25,108 nt of DNA from Octopus sinensis (Eukaryota): contig NW_021836514.1 of the NCBI RefSeq assembly GCF_006345805.1, forward strand, positions 1 to 25,108, written 5' to 3'. The position numbers and the translations under genes were made by a program. Positions 1 to 10,200 of this stretch are shown in pieces (position 1 is the first letter of the stretch; every line of letters starts with the position of its first letter). The notes beneath the pieces are model-generated. The model saw only the letters and a list, made by a program, of their open reading frames with translations. It did not search any database and was not told the origin of the DNA.

Positions 1-242
1 ACTGCAGAGATGCTCAAAATATCTGGCAATGTCGGCTATAGCTAGTCACCGTATAGTTAACCAGGTGATACACGAAGGAGTCATTCCCAATGACTGGTGT
101 AGCAGCATAATAGACAACTGCTACAAAGGTAAAGGTGACGCCCTAGATACAAATAACTACAGGGGTATCAAGCTGTTGGACCAGGTAAGAGGTTAAGAGA
201 GGGTCATAGCCAACTAATTAGAGAGAGAGTTAGTTAGATGAG

Positions 243-1575
243 ATGCAGTTTGGGTTCGTGCCAGGGAAAAGTACTACTGATGCTATATTCATGGTAAGAC
301 AGCTGCAGGAGAAATACCTAGCCAAAGGTAAGCCCTTGTACCTGGCTTATGTTGACATGGAGAAAGCCTTCGACAGGGTCCCCCGATCCCGTATCTGGTG
401 GTCAATGAGAAAAATAGGGATAGATGAATGGTTAGTGAGAGCTGTGCGAGCCATGTACAGGGACGCTGCTAGTAAGGTGAGGGTTGACAACGAATAGTGA
501 AGAATTCCGGGTAGAGGTTGGGGTCCACCAAGGTTCAGTCCTCAGCCCCCTCCTATTTATCATAGTCCTCCAGGCAATAACGGAGGAATTCAAGACAGGA
601 TGCCCCTGGGAGCTCCTCTATGCTGATGAGCTTGCTCTAATTGCTGAGTCACTATCAGAACTAGAGGAGAAGTTTCAGGTGTGGGAGCAAGGATTAGAAT
701 CGAAGGGCCTTAGAATCAAACTAGCTAAAACCAAAGTCCTAATAAGTAGGAAGGTAGACAAATCACAAACGCCTTTAGGTAGATGGCCCTGCTCGATCTG
801 TAGAAAAGGTGTAGGTAGTAACTCTATAAGATGCACCAAGTGTAAGCTATGGATACATAAGAGGTGCAGCAATGTCAAAGGAAGGCTAACTAGGAAAATA
901 GATTTTGTATGTGGCAGATGCTCAGGAGCAATAAACACTGATAATGCGCAGAGACCAACTTCCACCACATTCCAGGGAGAAAAACTAGAAATAGTTGATA
1001 GCTTCCGTTACCTAGGTGACCAAGTCAGTAGCGGGGGTGGGGGTGCTGAAAGTGTAACTGCTAGAGTAAGAATAGCCTGGGCAAAGTTCACAGAGCTCTT
1101 ACCCCTGCTGGTGACAAAAGGCTTCTCGCTCGGAGTAAAAGGCAGACTGTATGATGCATGTGTACGAACAGCCATGCTACATGGCAGTGAAACATGGGCC
1201 GTGACTGCTGAGGATATGCATAAGCTCACAAAAAATGAAGCCAGTATGCTCCGATGGATGTGTAATGTTAGTGTTCATACTCGACAGAGTGTAAGTACCT
1301 TGAGAGAAAAGTTGGACCTAAGAAGCATCAGTTGTGGTGTGCAAGTGAGACATTTGCACCGGTATGGTCATGTGACAAGAATGGATGAAGATAGTTGTGA
1401 GAAAAAGTGCCACACCCTAGCGGTTGAGGGAACCTGTGGAAGAGGTAGACCCAGGAAAACCTGGGACGAGGTAGTGAAGCACAACCTTCGAACTTTAGGT
1501 CTCACCGAGGAAATGACTACAGACCAAGACCTATGGAAGTATGCTGTGCGTGAGAAGACCCGGCAGGACAAGTGA
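243..1575 (+). pseudogene. Disrupted reverse transcriptase ORF of family A LINE, with an internal PHD-type zinc finger at 784-921
   Basis: ORFs 243-497 and 484-1575 overlap in different frames (frameshift near 490). The catalytic motif reads YADE, whereas the sister copies at ~17711 and ~18644 read YADD. Confidence 0.9.
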
Positions 1576-1733
1576 GACCATAACCCATGGTCTCTACCTG
1601 GGATGTAGCCAGTCCACTTATGCATACCTTTCCTTCTTGGGACACAAAACTCTACTTGTGAAGACCTGTTGAGGCAAGTGAGAATCATAATCAAAATCGA
1701 ATAACATCAATGGAAATTGTAGCTGTGATACCA

Positions 1734-1948
1734 GTGCCAGTGGCCCGTAAGTGAACCATCCGAACATGGCCGTTGCCAGCACCGCCCGACTGGCTTCCGT
1801 GCCGGTGGCACGTAAAAAGCACCATCCCATCGTTGCCGTTGCCAGCGTTACCTGGCCCCTGTGCCGGTGGCACGTAAAAAGCACCATCCAACTGTGGCTG
1901 TTTGCCAGCCCCGCCTGACAACTGTGCCGGTGGCACGTAAAGAGCACC
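1734..1948 (+). repeat. Tandem ~63-bp modular array in the LINE 3' UTR (core GTGCCGGTGGCACGTAAAAAGCACC)
   Basis: Cores at 1734-1757 (degenerate), 1799-1823, 1861-1885 and 1924-1948; the spacers are partly related to each other (shared GCCGTTGCCAGC-like segment). Confidence 0.9.
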
Positions 1949-2225
1949 CACTACACTCATGGAGTGGTTGGCGTTAGGAAGGGCATCCAGCCGTAGAAAC
2001 ACTGCCAGATCAGACTGGGCCTGGTGCAGCCTTCTGGCTTCCCAGACCCCAGCTGAACCGTCCAACCCATGCTAGCATGGAAAGTGGACGCTAATTGATG
2101 ATGATACATATATATACATATAAATATATATACATATACATGCATATATATATATACAAATTGAGATAGGGGTTGTAATACATATATATACATACATATA
2201 TATATATATACATATATATATATAT

Positions 2226-2622
2226 GAGTGGCTGTGTGGTAAGTAGCTTGTTTACCAACCACATGGTTCCGGGTTCAGTCTCACTGCGTGGAACCTTGGG
2301 CAAGTGTCTTCTACTATAGCCTCGGACCGACCAAAGCCTTGTGAGTGGATTTGGTAAACGGAAACTGAAAAGAAGCCCGTCGTATATATGTATATATATA
2401 TATGTGTGTATGTGTGTTTGTGTGTCTGTGTTTCTCCCACTAGCATTGCTTGACAACCGATGCTGGTGTGTTTATGTCCCCGTTACTTAGCGGTTCGGCA
2501 AAAGAGACCGATAGAATAATTACTGGACTTATAAAATAATAATAAGCCCTATGGTCGAGTTGCTCGATTAAAGGCGGTGCTCCAGCATGGCCGCAGTCAA
2601 ATGACTGAAACAAGTAAAAAAG
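2226..2622 (+). mobile_element. tRNA-derived SINE with an internal (TA/TG) microsatellite
   Basis: A-box-like TGGCTGTGTGG (2229-2239), B-box-like GGTTCAGTCTC (2272-2282) and a CCTTGGGCAAGTGTCTT core; a homologous head lies on the minus strand at ~11165-11315. Confidence 0.8.
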
Positions 2623-3173
2623 TATATATTTATACATATATAACTATATATACACACACACATATATATACACACACACACATATATATATACACACACA
2701 CCTATATATATACATATATATATAAACACACACACACATATATATATACACATATATATATAAACACACACACACATATATATATACACACACATATATA
2801 TATACACACACATATATATATACACACACATATATATACGTACACACACACACACATATATATATATGCACACACACATATATATATGCAAACTCATATA
2901 TATATATATACACACACACACATATATATATATATATACACACACATATATATATATACACACACACAATATATATACACACACACATATATACGTACAC
3001 ACACACACACATATATATATATATATGCACACACACATATATATATATGCAAACTCATATATATATATATACACACACACACACATATATATATATATAC
3101 ACACACATATATATATACACACACACACACATATATATATATATGCACACACACACACATACATATATATATA
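2623..3173. repeat. Compound (TA)n/(CA)n microsatellite, ~550 bp
   Basis: Direct reading; it accounts for all the YIYT/VCVY-type ORFs in the track. Confidence 0.97.
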
Positions 3174-3174
3174 T

Positions 3175-3356
3175 GGCAGTGAACTGGCAGAGTCATTAGC
3201 ACGCCAGGCAAAATGCTCAGTGGCATTTCATCGGTCTTCATGTTCTGAGTTCAAATTCAACTAAAGTCAACTTTGTCTTTCATCCTTTTAGAGTCAATGT
3301 AATCAACTTAACCCCTCCCCTGAAATTGCTGGCTTTGTGGCAAAATTTGAAATCAA
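3175..3356 (+). mobile_element. tRNA-derived SINE, second family, internally shortened
   Basis: Head GGCAGTGAACTGGCAGAGTCATTAGC, B-box-like GAGTTCAAATTC (3248-3259) and body GTCAACTTTGTCTTTCATCC; related copies at ~11715, ~14975 and ~15500. Confidence 0.75.
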
Positions 3357-3615
3357 TAGTTTCATATATAAAATATTTTTTAGTCATTTGGTTTGTGATC
3401 ACTAATTCTGTGTTTAAACTGAAAAATTGGCATCTATTGGCTTAATATTGGTAATAGAGAGACAGTTTAAATAATTCATTTGCAAATAGGTTAATGGTTG
3501 GTAAGATGTTTACCATTCATTACTAGTATAGAAAAAGGAAACAGTTACAAAAGTATACATAGGTTAAAACAGAAACCTTACATTACATTACAATACCATA
3601 CACATACACACTTAC

Positions 3616-3672
3616 ATGTTTTTTCTTAGCTTCTTCAAAATTCATCTCTTCAAGTGTCCATTTACGAATTAT
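3616..3672 (-). CDS. NOL11: Nucleolar protein 11, coding exon 3 (IIRKWTLEEMNFEEAKKKH)
   Basis: 57-nt phase-0 exon with acceptor ...ctttgtag and donor gtaagt; only one frame is open. It aligns with my recollection of human NOL11 VLRIWNNEDVNLDKVFKAT. Confidence 0.85.
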
Positions 3673-4343
3673 CTACAAAGATACCAACACAAAAACAGTT
3701 ACATACAAAAAAAAAAAAACACATGTCAGTAGTATGAGTGCTAAACTGAGCTCAACAATCGAGTCTTTCTCAAAAGGATTAGCAACTGAATACTAACACT
3801 AGCTCATGGTTATGTTTTTTGCTTAACAGGGCTGTTGATTGTATAGATCAGAATTGTTTGATGGCTTCTGTACTGTCTTATATCTAAGTTCAATGCTGAT
3901 ATAGTTTCTCATTCTATTGACAGTAAATTAAATATAAGCAGATAACTAAATTTGTACTGAGCACATTGCAAAACCAAGTTGCCATTACCAGTTATATCAA
4001 TGTTATTTACATTCTGCAGTTAATATCCTTAAGAAAGTTGTTAACATCATATCTGCTGTTACTAGTAATACAGATGGTAGCAGTTACCACAGCCACTGCC
4101 ATTACCACAACATATATACAATGCAGAATCTAATAAAATAAAGCTTGCCTCAAAAGGTGATATTTAATCAGCATATTTTGGTGCTTGGAGATATGATTAA
4201 ATTAGCTGTTGTAAAAGCGAAAAGAAAAAGTTTGAAATTTTGGCATTCAACTAGGATTCAAAAGATTAAGAATTCTGATAAATATGCTACATTGTAAAGT
4301 AAGTCTTAATTTTTATGTGGCTGTTAAAATAGACTGGAGTTAA

Positions 4344-4870
4344 TCTCAATATATATAAAACTGAGAATGTGTGCCTGTCTGTCTGCGTGTTTCCCTAAAA
4401 CTTGAGAACTACACAACCAATTTCATTCAAATTTTACACATGCCTTACTTAGGGTCCATGTAGTTTCATGGGCAAAAAAAATGTTCAACTTCTTGCCTAG
4501 GGCGAGCCCATAGCAATATCATATCTTCTCCACTATTTCAGCATTACATGTTAAAAGTGAAACAAAAACATTTCGCTATTTTATGTCAGATACTTTCACT
4601 TTAACAATAAAAATTAGAGATAATAATAACAATTGAATTATGTGTAGTAAGTAATAATTAAAATCAAACTAAAGTATAATATAATCCTAACATAACATAA
4701 GTAAAAATAGCAATTGGTATAAAATTGCATCAATGACTTGAACTTGAATAAGTGGTTTCACATGAATGGGAATAAATTAAAAATAAAATTAGCGTGCAGA
4801 AATGGAATAGTCCAGATGGAGCTATGCACATACCGTCTACCACAACTTTTACATTAGATTATCTGCTAAT
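4344..4870 (+). mobile_element. Non-autonomous Helitron-like element (3' boundary uncertain)
   Basis: A|TC start followed by ATATATAAAA and a TGTCTGTCTG microsatellite, typical of Helitron 5' ends. About 270 bp are shared with the copies at 22155 and 23267. Confidence 0.6.
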
Positions 4871-5240
4871 TAGCTAGCATTAAGTATCTATATGAAGCTT
4901 GGCTGTATGTAATGTGTTTTCTCGAACAGCTGCTTCTACTGAGTACTGCTTTTGGTTTATTTCTTATACATAAAGGACTATAGCTTCAACTGCGTACTGC
5001 TTTTTGATTCACCGTAAGGTTTGTTGTTATTATTATTACTGTTTAACTATTGTTATCACGTTTGTTGGTTCCTCATAAGGGAAACGTTGTTGTGTTGCAT
5101 TTGTTAAATAATTGTAAACTGTAACCCTTTGGTTATTGTTTCAAAATTGAATTGTGTCCCTGTTTGGGGAAATTGACAATATTTTCAGTTTACAGGGAAG
5201 CATTTTTGTCAGAATGCCTTCGATAGAAGAAAGTCCAAAA

Positions 5241-5770
5241 ATGAATTTCGCTGCAGCCGTCGGCGGGCACGAACTCATTAAAATTAAAATGGAAGAAATA
5301 AGAAATACAAACCTATTTCGGATTGATCACTGACAAAGAAGGTGAATCTAGGATAACACCACCAAACGAAATAAAAAATTAAATTAAAGAAAAGACTATT
5401 GTCTATAAAGTATACAATGTAGAGAAAAAAAAAAGATTTGAACACCTGGAGGAAAGCACTATCGAAAAGTGTCTTGGTGCGACTATAAAAGATATCTAAC
5501 CAGAGGCGGTAAATTCGCCAGAATAGAAGCAAGGTTTGAGTCAACGGAGCGTGCAAGGGAGTACTCGACTCGAACCTTGCAAAGTGGAAATATTTTATTT
5601 TTACTTTTATATCTGGGACGTAGGACGTCCTGGATAAAAATTAAAAATGTCCCCCCAGAAGTAGAAGTAGGCTGGATTGTAGCCACACTTCTATACAAGA
5701 GGGAGGACAAGATACAATTGATCGAAATTGCAAGAGACGGGCCTACAATTCCAGTCTGTTATATATTTTG
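5241..5770 (+). pseudogene. Decayed gag/ORF1-like fragment of a retroelement (L1/Tx1-like?)
   Basis: Starts MNFAAAVGG, is broken by stops and frameshifts, and later reads LGRRTSWIKIKNVPPEVEVGWIVATLL, resembling the RRM-type region of non-LTR ORF1 proteins. Short repeated motifs lie upstream (~4925-5010). Confidence 0.4.
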
Positions 5771-6194
5771 AGTTTTGTTATCACTAGCGATATCAAGATA
5801 TAACTTTGTATTTTATGTGTAGATGTATATATATATAGATGTACATGTAATATGTACACATATATACATGCACTAGCACTATGACCTGGCAACGACGGGT
5901 CATAATGCTAGTTATTAATATAATGCTATTACATGATATTTTAGTTAGCAGAGATGATGTTTTGTGGTTTGGTGACAAGTACCCTAAAATCTCAGACAAA
6001 CTAGTATTTCCTCATTACTAGGCATATTTGTCCAAAATGACAGGGTTTTTTTAAAAATAAATAATGCAAACAAATTTTAGTCGAAAAATATTTAATGTAT
6101 CATATTTTAGTCACTCAAGATAAAACTTAAAGCCATCTCCCCTTCTCTAACACAACCCCACTCAGATGAGTTTCAATTTTCTTTGTCTTGCCAG

Positions 6195-6368
6195 TGTCAT
6201 GAAAAATACACCCAGTACACTCTGTAAAGTGGTTGGCATTAGGAAGGGCATCCAGCTGTAGGGATCATGCCAAAGCAGGCATAGGAATCTGGTGCAGTCC
6301 TCTAGCTTACTGGATCCTGTCAAACTGTTCAATTCATGTAGCGTACAAAACAAATTAGGATGATGATG
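6195..6368 (+). mobile_element. 3' tail fragment of a family A-related LINE
   Basis: GTGGTTGGCATTAGGAAGGGCATCCAGCTGTAG motif and a terminal GATGATGATG. Confidence 0.85.
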
Positions 6369-6529
6369 AATTTCTTGATTACAATATTCTTTATGAAAAT
6401 AGTTTCTCCAAACCGTCCTATTAAATCTGTAATTTCAAGTCAGCATGATTCCAAAGCACTGCACCTGAAACCACATGGTTGGTAGGCAAGCTTTTCAAAC
6501 ACAAAAACACGTTTGTGCCTTTATTTTTA

Positions 6530-6960
6530 ATTGATAGGGAGAAATCCTTGAAGTTTGTTCATTCCAGAATTCAAGAGAAATTTAGTCAGTTTCTCATCAT
6601 CATTAACTTGTGAGCATACACAGTTGTATGTTGTGAGAATACTGAGAGTACCATCCAGTAATTGACGATTAGATTGACCACATAGTTCCCCTGTATATAT
6701 TTTCTGTTTTACTGCCAGCAACATAGGACTCAAAGTCATTGGCCTCCTTGAGATGTGTGCTATTGTTGGAACAAATTGCCAAGTGGCTTTCATTCTTATT
6801 GATGGTCATGTACTCAGTTTTCTTTACAAGGAGAAACAGATCAATCTTGGCTGCAGAACTTCCAAGGGATGTTAACACATCTTGCACGTCACAGAGTTTT
6901 TTTATTATTGACACTCAATGCAGGAGAGGCTTTGCTGACCATTACTGTCACACTGAGCAA
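6530..6960 (-). pseudogene. Old RT C-terminal fragment of another RTE-type LINE
   Basis: Minus translation KIDLFLLVKKTEYM...LKEANDFESYV resembles RT motifs GL-LN-KKTEYM and LK-V-DFKYLGSY. Confidence 0.6.
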
Positions 6961-7034
6961 CAGGCTAATATAAGATATATTTGTGAAGACTTCAGTAATT
7001 CTAATAGTAGACAAAGACAACTCAACTACATCAA

Positions 7035-7292
7035 TCATCATCATCATTTAACGTCCGTTTTCCATGCTAGCATGGATTGGACGGTTCAACCGGGTCTGGT
7101 AAGCCATGAAGGCTGCACATGGCTCCAGTCTGATCTGGCAATGTTTCTACGGCTGGATGCCCTTCCTAACACCAACCACTCCGTGAGTGCAGTGGGTGTC
7201 TTTTATGTGCCACCGACACAGGGCCAGAGGAGGCTGGAAAATGGCCACGATCGGTTGGTGCTTTTACATGTCACCGACATGGACGCCAGTTA
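7035..7292 (-). mobile_element. 3' tail of family A LINE with two array units
   Basis: (TCA)n then CGTCCGTTTTCCATGCTAGCATGG ... GGCTGGATGCCCTTCCTAA; reverse complement of ~1850-2105. Confidence 0.92.
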
Positions 7293-7883
7293 TTAGCAAA
7301 CACACAACATGAAACTGAGGACTTACCAAAGATAATGGAGGACACAGAGAGAATCTTGGCACAGCACTGTGAAACACATCTTGATTGCAGTACATGATGA
7401 AGAAGAATATATCTCCTTATATGAACTTATATGAAATTCCTTATATAAGGAATTTCAATACTACTTACATCATTTGTTTTAGAGCTTCTAACCTTTTAGC
7501 ATTTAAACTGGCTATATCCAGCCCTCAGATTCTACTTATGTTTAAATCAAACAGATTTGGTCTCTCACAAGTACCCTACTATGTCATTCTAAAATCAAGC
7601 AATCACATCATTGAAATTTTGAAGCTACAATATAAATTCAAAACAATGTGAATAAATAAGCGTTACAAGTGACAGAGTAATTTGAATGCTAAAGGGTTAA
7701 ACTTACAAAATATTATCTACTCTAGCAACTAAAATAACAGTAGATATAATACCATAAGTCAGTATGGGAAAAGCTTATTTTTTTTTAGACTATGCTTCTT
7801 AGATAGAATGTAACAAAATGTTCATAAGGAAATAACGTAGAGCAGTTGAAAGTTCTTGGAAATAAGTTATTGTTAAACCTTAC

Positions 7884-7997
7884 CGTTGAATTATGAACTG
7901 CTATTAATTGTTCATTTGAGGGATCCCATAATACTGGAGCAGTGATGGAATGAACTTGTCTTGGAGACCAACAATGGAGCAGCTTCTGGTTGCTAAT
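7884..7997 (-). CDS. NOL11: Nucleolar protein 11, coding exon 2 (ISNQKLLHCWSPRQVHSITAPVLWDPSNEQLIAVHNST)
   Basis: 114-nt phase-0 exon with acceptor tattcttttatag and donor gtaagg. It aligns without gaps to recalled human [38 protein letters not shown] (38 aa each). Confidence 0.92.
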
Positions 7998-8257
7998 CTA
8001 TAAAAGAATATGTTGCTGAATATCAAACATGCAATAAATAAAGTCATGTGGTTAAGGTATTTTGTCTTTCATCAGAGTATTCGTCAATATGTGAGCAAAT
8101 CCGAAAAGGAAACAATTGTCATAACCAGCGTCTAAGACACAGGTATGGGGAAAGAGTATTTTACTGAAACTACATGTGAATATTAGTTGCAGACATCCTT
8201 TGCTGTGAACATGCCATCTCCTAGTGTTTGTGTATGTTCCATTGGAAGTAAAAATAT

Positions 8258-8597
8258 TATAAGAAAAAGGGACAGGCAACAGGTTGCTTGACCGCATACC
8301 GAAAAAATAGAAATAGCAGTCAAGAATGCTTATTTCTATCAAAGTTGGACTCCGGGCACGACAAACCCTGTAATTCACATATGCAAAACAGAAGGAATAG
8401 ATAACGAAAACGAAGTCTGGTGCACAGATAACCACCAGACTTCGTTTTCGTTATCTATTCCTTCTGTTTTGCATATGTGAATTACAGGGTTTGTCATGCC
8501 CGGAGTCCAACTTTGATAGAAATAAGCATTCTTGACTGCTATTTCTATTTTTTCGGTATGCGGTCAAGCAACCTGTTGCCTGTCCCTTTTTCTTATA
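8258..8597. repeat. Near-perfect fold-back: 165-bp inverted arms with a 10-nt loop
   Basis: Left arm 8258-8422, loop CACAGATAAC 8423-8432, right arm 8433-8597; one mismatch found (GGGCACGAC vs GGGCATGAC). Confidence 0.97.
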
Positions 8598-8717
8598 TAC
8601 AATATATATACTGAACTTTACAGAAGTTCCTGCCGGTAATCGGCTATATTTACATACCGAATTCTACCAGTAAATAATTGGGTTTTTTTTAAAAGCCTTT
8701 ATAGAAATTATTTACTC

Positions 8718-8719
8718 TT

Positions 8720-8772
<53 letters not shown>
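8718..8772. repeat. (TTA)n-(TA)n-(CA)n microsatellite
   Basis: Direct reading. Confidence 0.95.
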
Positions 8773-8773
<1 letters not shown>

Positions 8774-9011
8774 TATTTCTTACTATATTTATTGCCGACG
8801 AGGAGAAAATTCGTATGAATTAACTCTTAAATCGATGATAATAAACGGAATTTTTTGAAATTTCTGTCGGCTTACTTCAAGATGCGTGCTTATAGTGATG
8901 AATTAATGGTTATTGACAATTTAAGTCGATTTTCGGTGTATTTGGCATTAGAATTTTTTTCTTTTGCCCTTGTTTATAAGTTGTATGTATATATATATAT
9001 TTATACACACA

Positions 9012-10200
9012 TGATAATCGTTTAATGTCTGCTTTCCATATTGGCATGGGTTGGATGGTTTGACTGAGGGCTACACCAGGCTCCAATCACATCTGGCAAA
9101 GTTTCTACAGCTGGATGCTGTTCCTAATGCTAACCACTCAGAGTGTAGTGGGTGCTTTTTATGTGCCACCAGCACAGAACCAGTCACCCAGCACTGGCAT
9201 CGACCATGCTTGAAAGATTCTTTTTATATGCCACCAGAATGGGAGCCAGTGAGGCGGAGCAAGCAACGATCATGCTCGAATGGTACTTTTTACGTGCCAC
9301 CGGCACGGGACCAGTCAGGAGGCACTGACATCGACAATGCTCATATAGAGCTTTTTATGTGCCAATCAGGTGGTATTGTCGACTACAACAACAATTTCAG
9401 TTGCCTCAATAGGTCTTTGCAAGCGCAGTTTATTGCCCAATGATTGAAGGGTACTCTTAAATGGGCCGGTTATGCTGCACTGGCATAGGTCACATTTACG
9501 GTCTCACTTAGCTTGCCGGGTCTTCTCAAGCACAACATATCTCCAAAGGTCTTGGTCACTTGTCATCACCTCAGTGAGGCCCAACATTCCAAGGTCGTGC
9601 TTTACCACCTCATCCTAAGTCTTCCTGGGTCTACCTCTTCCACAGGTTCCCTCTACTGCTAGGGTGTGACACATTTTCACACAGCTGTCTTCATCTCTCT
9701 TGCACACCACATTTGATGCTTATGTCAACTTTTCTCTCAGGGCGCTTACACTCTGTCGTGTATGCACACTGATATTACACATCCAGTAGAGCTTTCCTTG
9801 CAAACTTACACATGTCCTCAGCAGTCATGGCCCATGTTTCACTGCCATGTAGCATGGCTGTTCACACACATGCGTCATACAGTCTAACTTTTACTCTGAG
9901 CGAGAGACCCTTTGTTACCAGCTGAGGCAGGATATCTCTCAACTTTGCCCAGGCTAGTCTTATTCTAGCAGCTACACTCCTAGAACATCCACCCCTGCTA
10001 CTGACTTGGTCACCTAGGTAATGGAAGAAAATCTTATACGTGTGTTCTTTGCCTGTGAGGAACCTAGCAGAACTTCCTCTCTACTTCTTGGATGCAGTAC
10101 AAATCGTCATGTCTCCGTTCAAGCATCTCAACAATCTCACCAGTGCGACAACCCTGAAGGTGTGGGCCCGTGAGACCCTGGGATGTGGGACAGCAGTGTC
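9012..10200 (-). mobile_element. Internally deleted family A LINE: APE N-terminus fused to RT C-terminus and 3' UTR
   Basis: The minus strand at ~10030-10170 gives GEIVEMLERRHDDLYCIQEV and SARFLTGKEHTYKIF (APE endonuclease start). At ~10025 it joins TTCCATTACCTAGGTGACC (the FRYLGD region), followed by the thumb, four array units and the tail. Confidence 0.85.

Larger units (their letters stand above)
1..2105 (+). mobile_element. RTE-like non-LTR retrotransposon (family A), RT region plus full 3' UTR; runs off the window start; decayed
   Basis: Translations contain RT motifs QFGFVPGKSTTDAIF, GVHQGSVLSPLLF, LLYADE, GL-IKLAKTKVL and FRYLGD, then a thumb region ending GRGRPRKTWDEVV. The stop is at 1575, followed by a 3' UTR ending in a (GAT)n tail at ~2097-2105. 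Confidence 0.93.

Noticed and set aside
484-1575. Functional or domesticated reverse transcriptase
   Set aside because: Frameshifted from its N-terminal part and the catalytic YADD is changed to YADE.
675-1694. Minus-strand ORFs over the LINE (also 18695-19348 and 24492-24710)
   Set aside because: Antisense shadows of RT-coding sequence.
1734-1948. CRISPR array (25-nt palindromic repeats, 37-41-nt spacers)
   Set aside because: It lies in a eukaryotic LINE 3' UTR, recurs with every LINE copy, the spacers share sequence with each other, and there are no cas genes.
2226-2300. tRNA gene
   Set aside because: Only A/B-box remnants of a SINE head; no cloverleaf, and it continues into SINE body.
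2568-3264. Several 115-200 aa ORFs on both strands
   Set aside because: Translations of (TA)n/(CA)n microsatellite; the same applies to ORFs at ~20122-20374, 21370-21593 and 23874-24095.
6739-7296. 185-aa plus-strand ORF
   Set aside because: Chance read-through across two antisense LINE fragments; no independent coding signal. The similar LDALPNANHS-type ORFs are antisense readings of the LINE tail.
8076-8142. Exon-like segment on the plus strand (TTTGTCTTTCATCAG ... AG|GTATGG, one open frame)
   Set aside because: Antisense within NOL11 intron 1, no partner exons and no recognisable peptide; such sites occur by chance. Stranded RNA-seq would settle it.
8052-8435. 127-aa minus-strand ORF
   Set aside because: Starts in the hairpin loop and runs through a repeat arm into intron; it does not fit the NOL11 exon structure.
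8794-8830. CCGACGA-GGAG...TTC-GTAT as another hammerhead
   Set aside because: The first box is CCGA rather than CTGA and there is no GAAA box.
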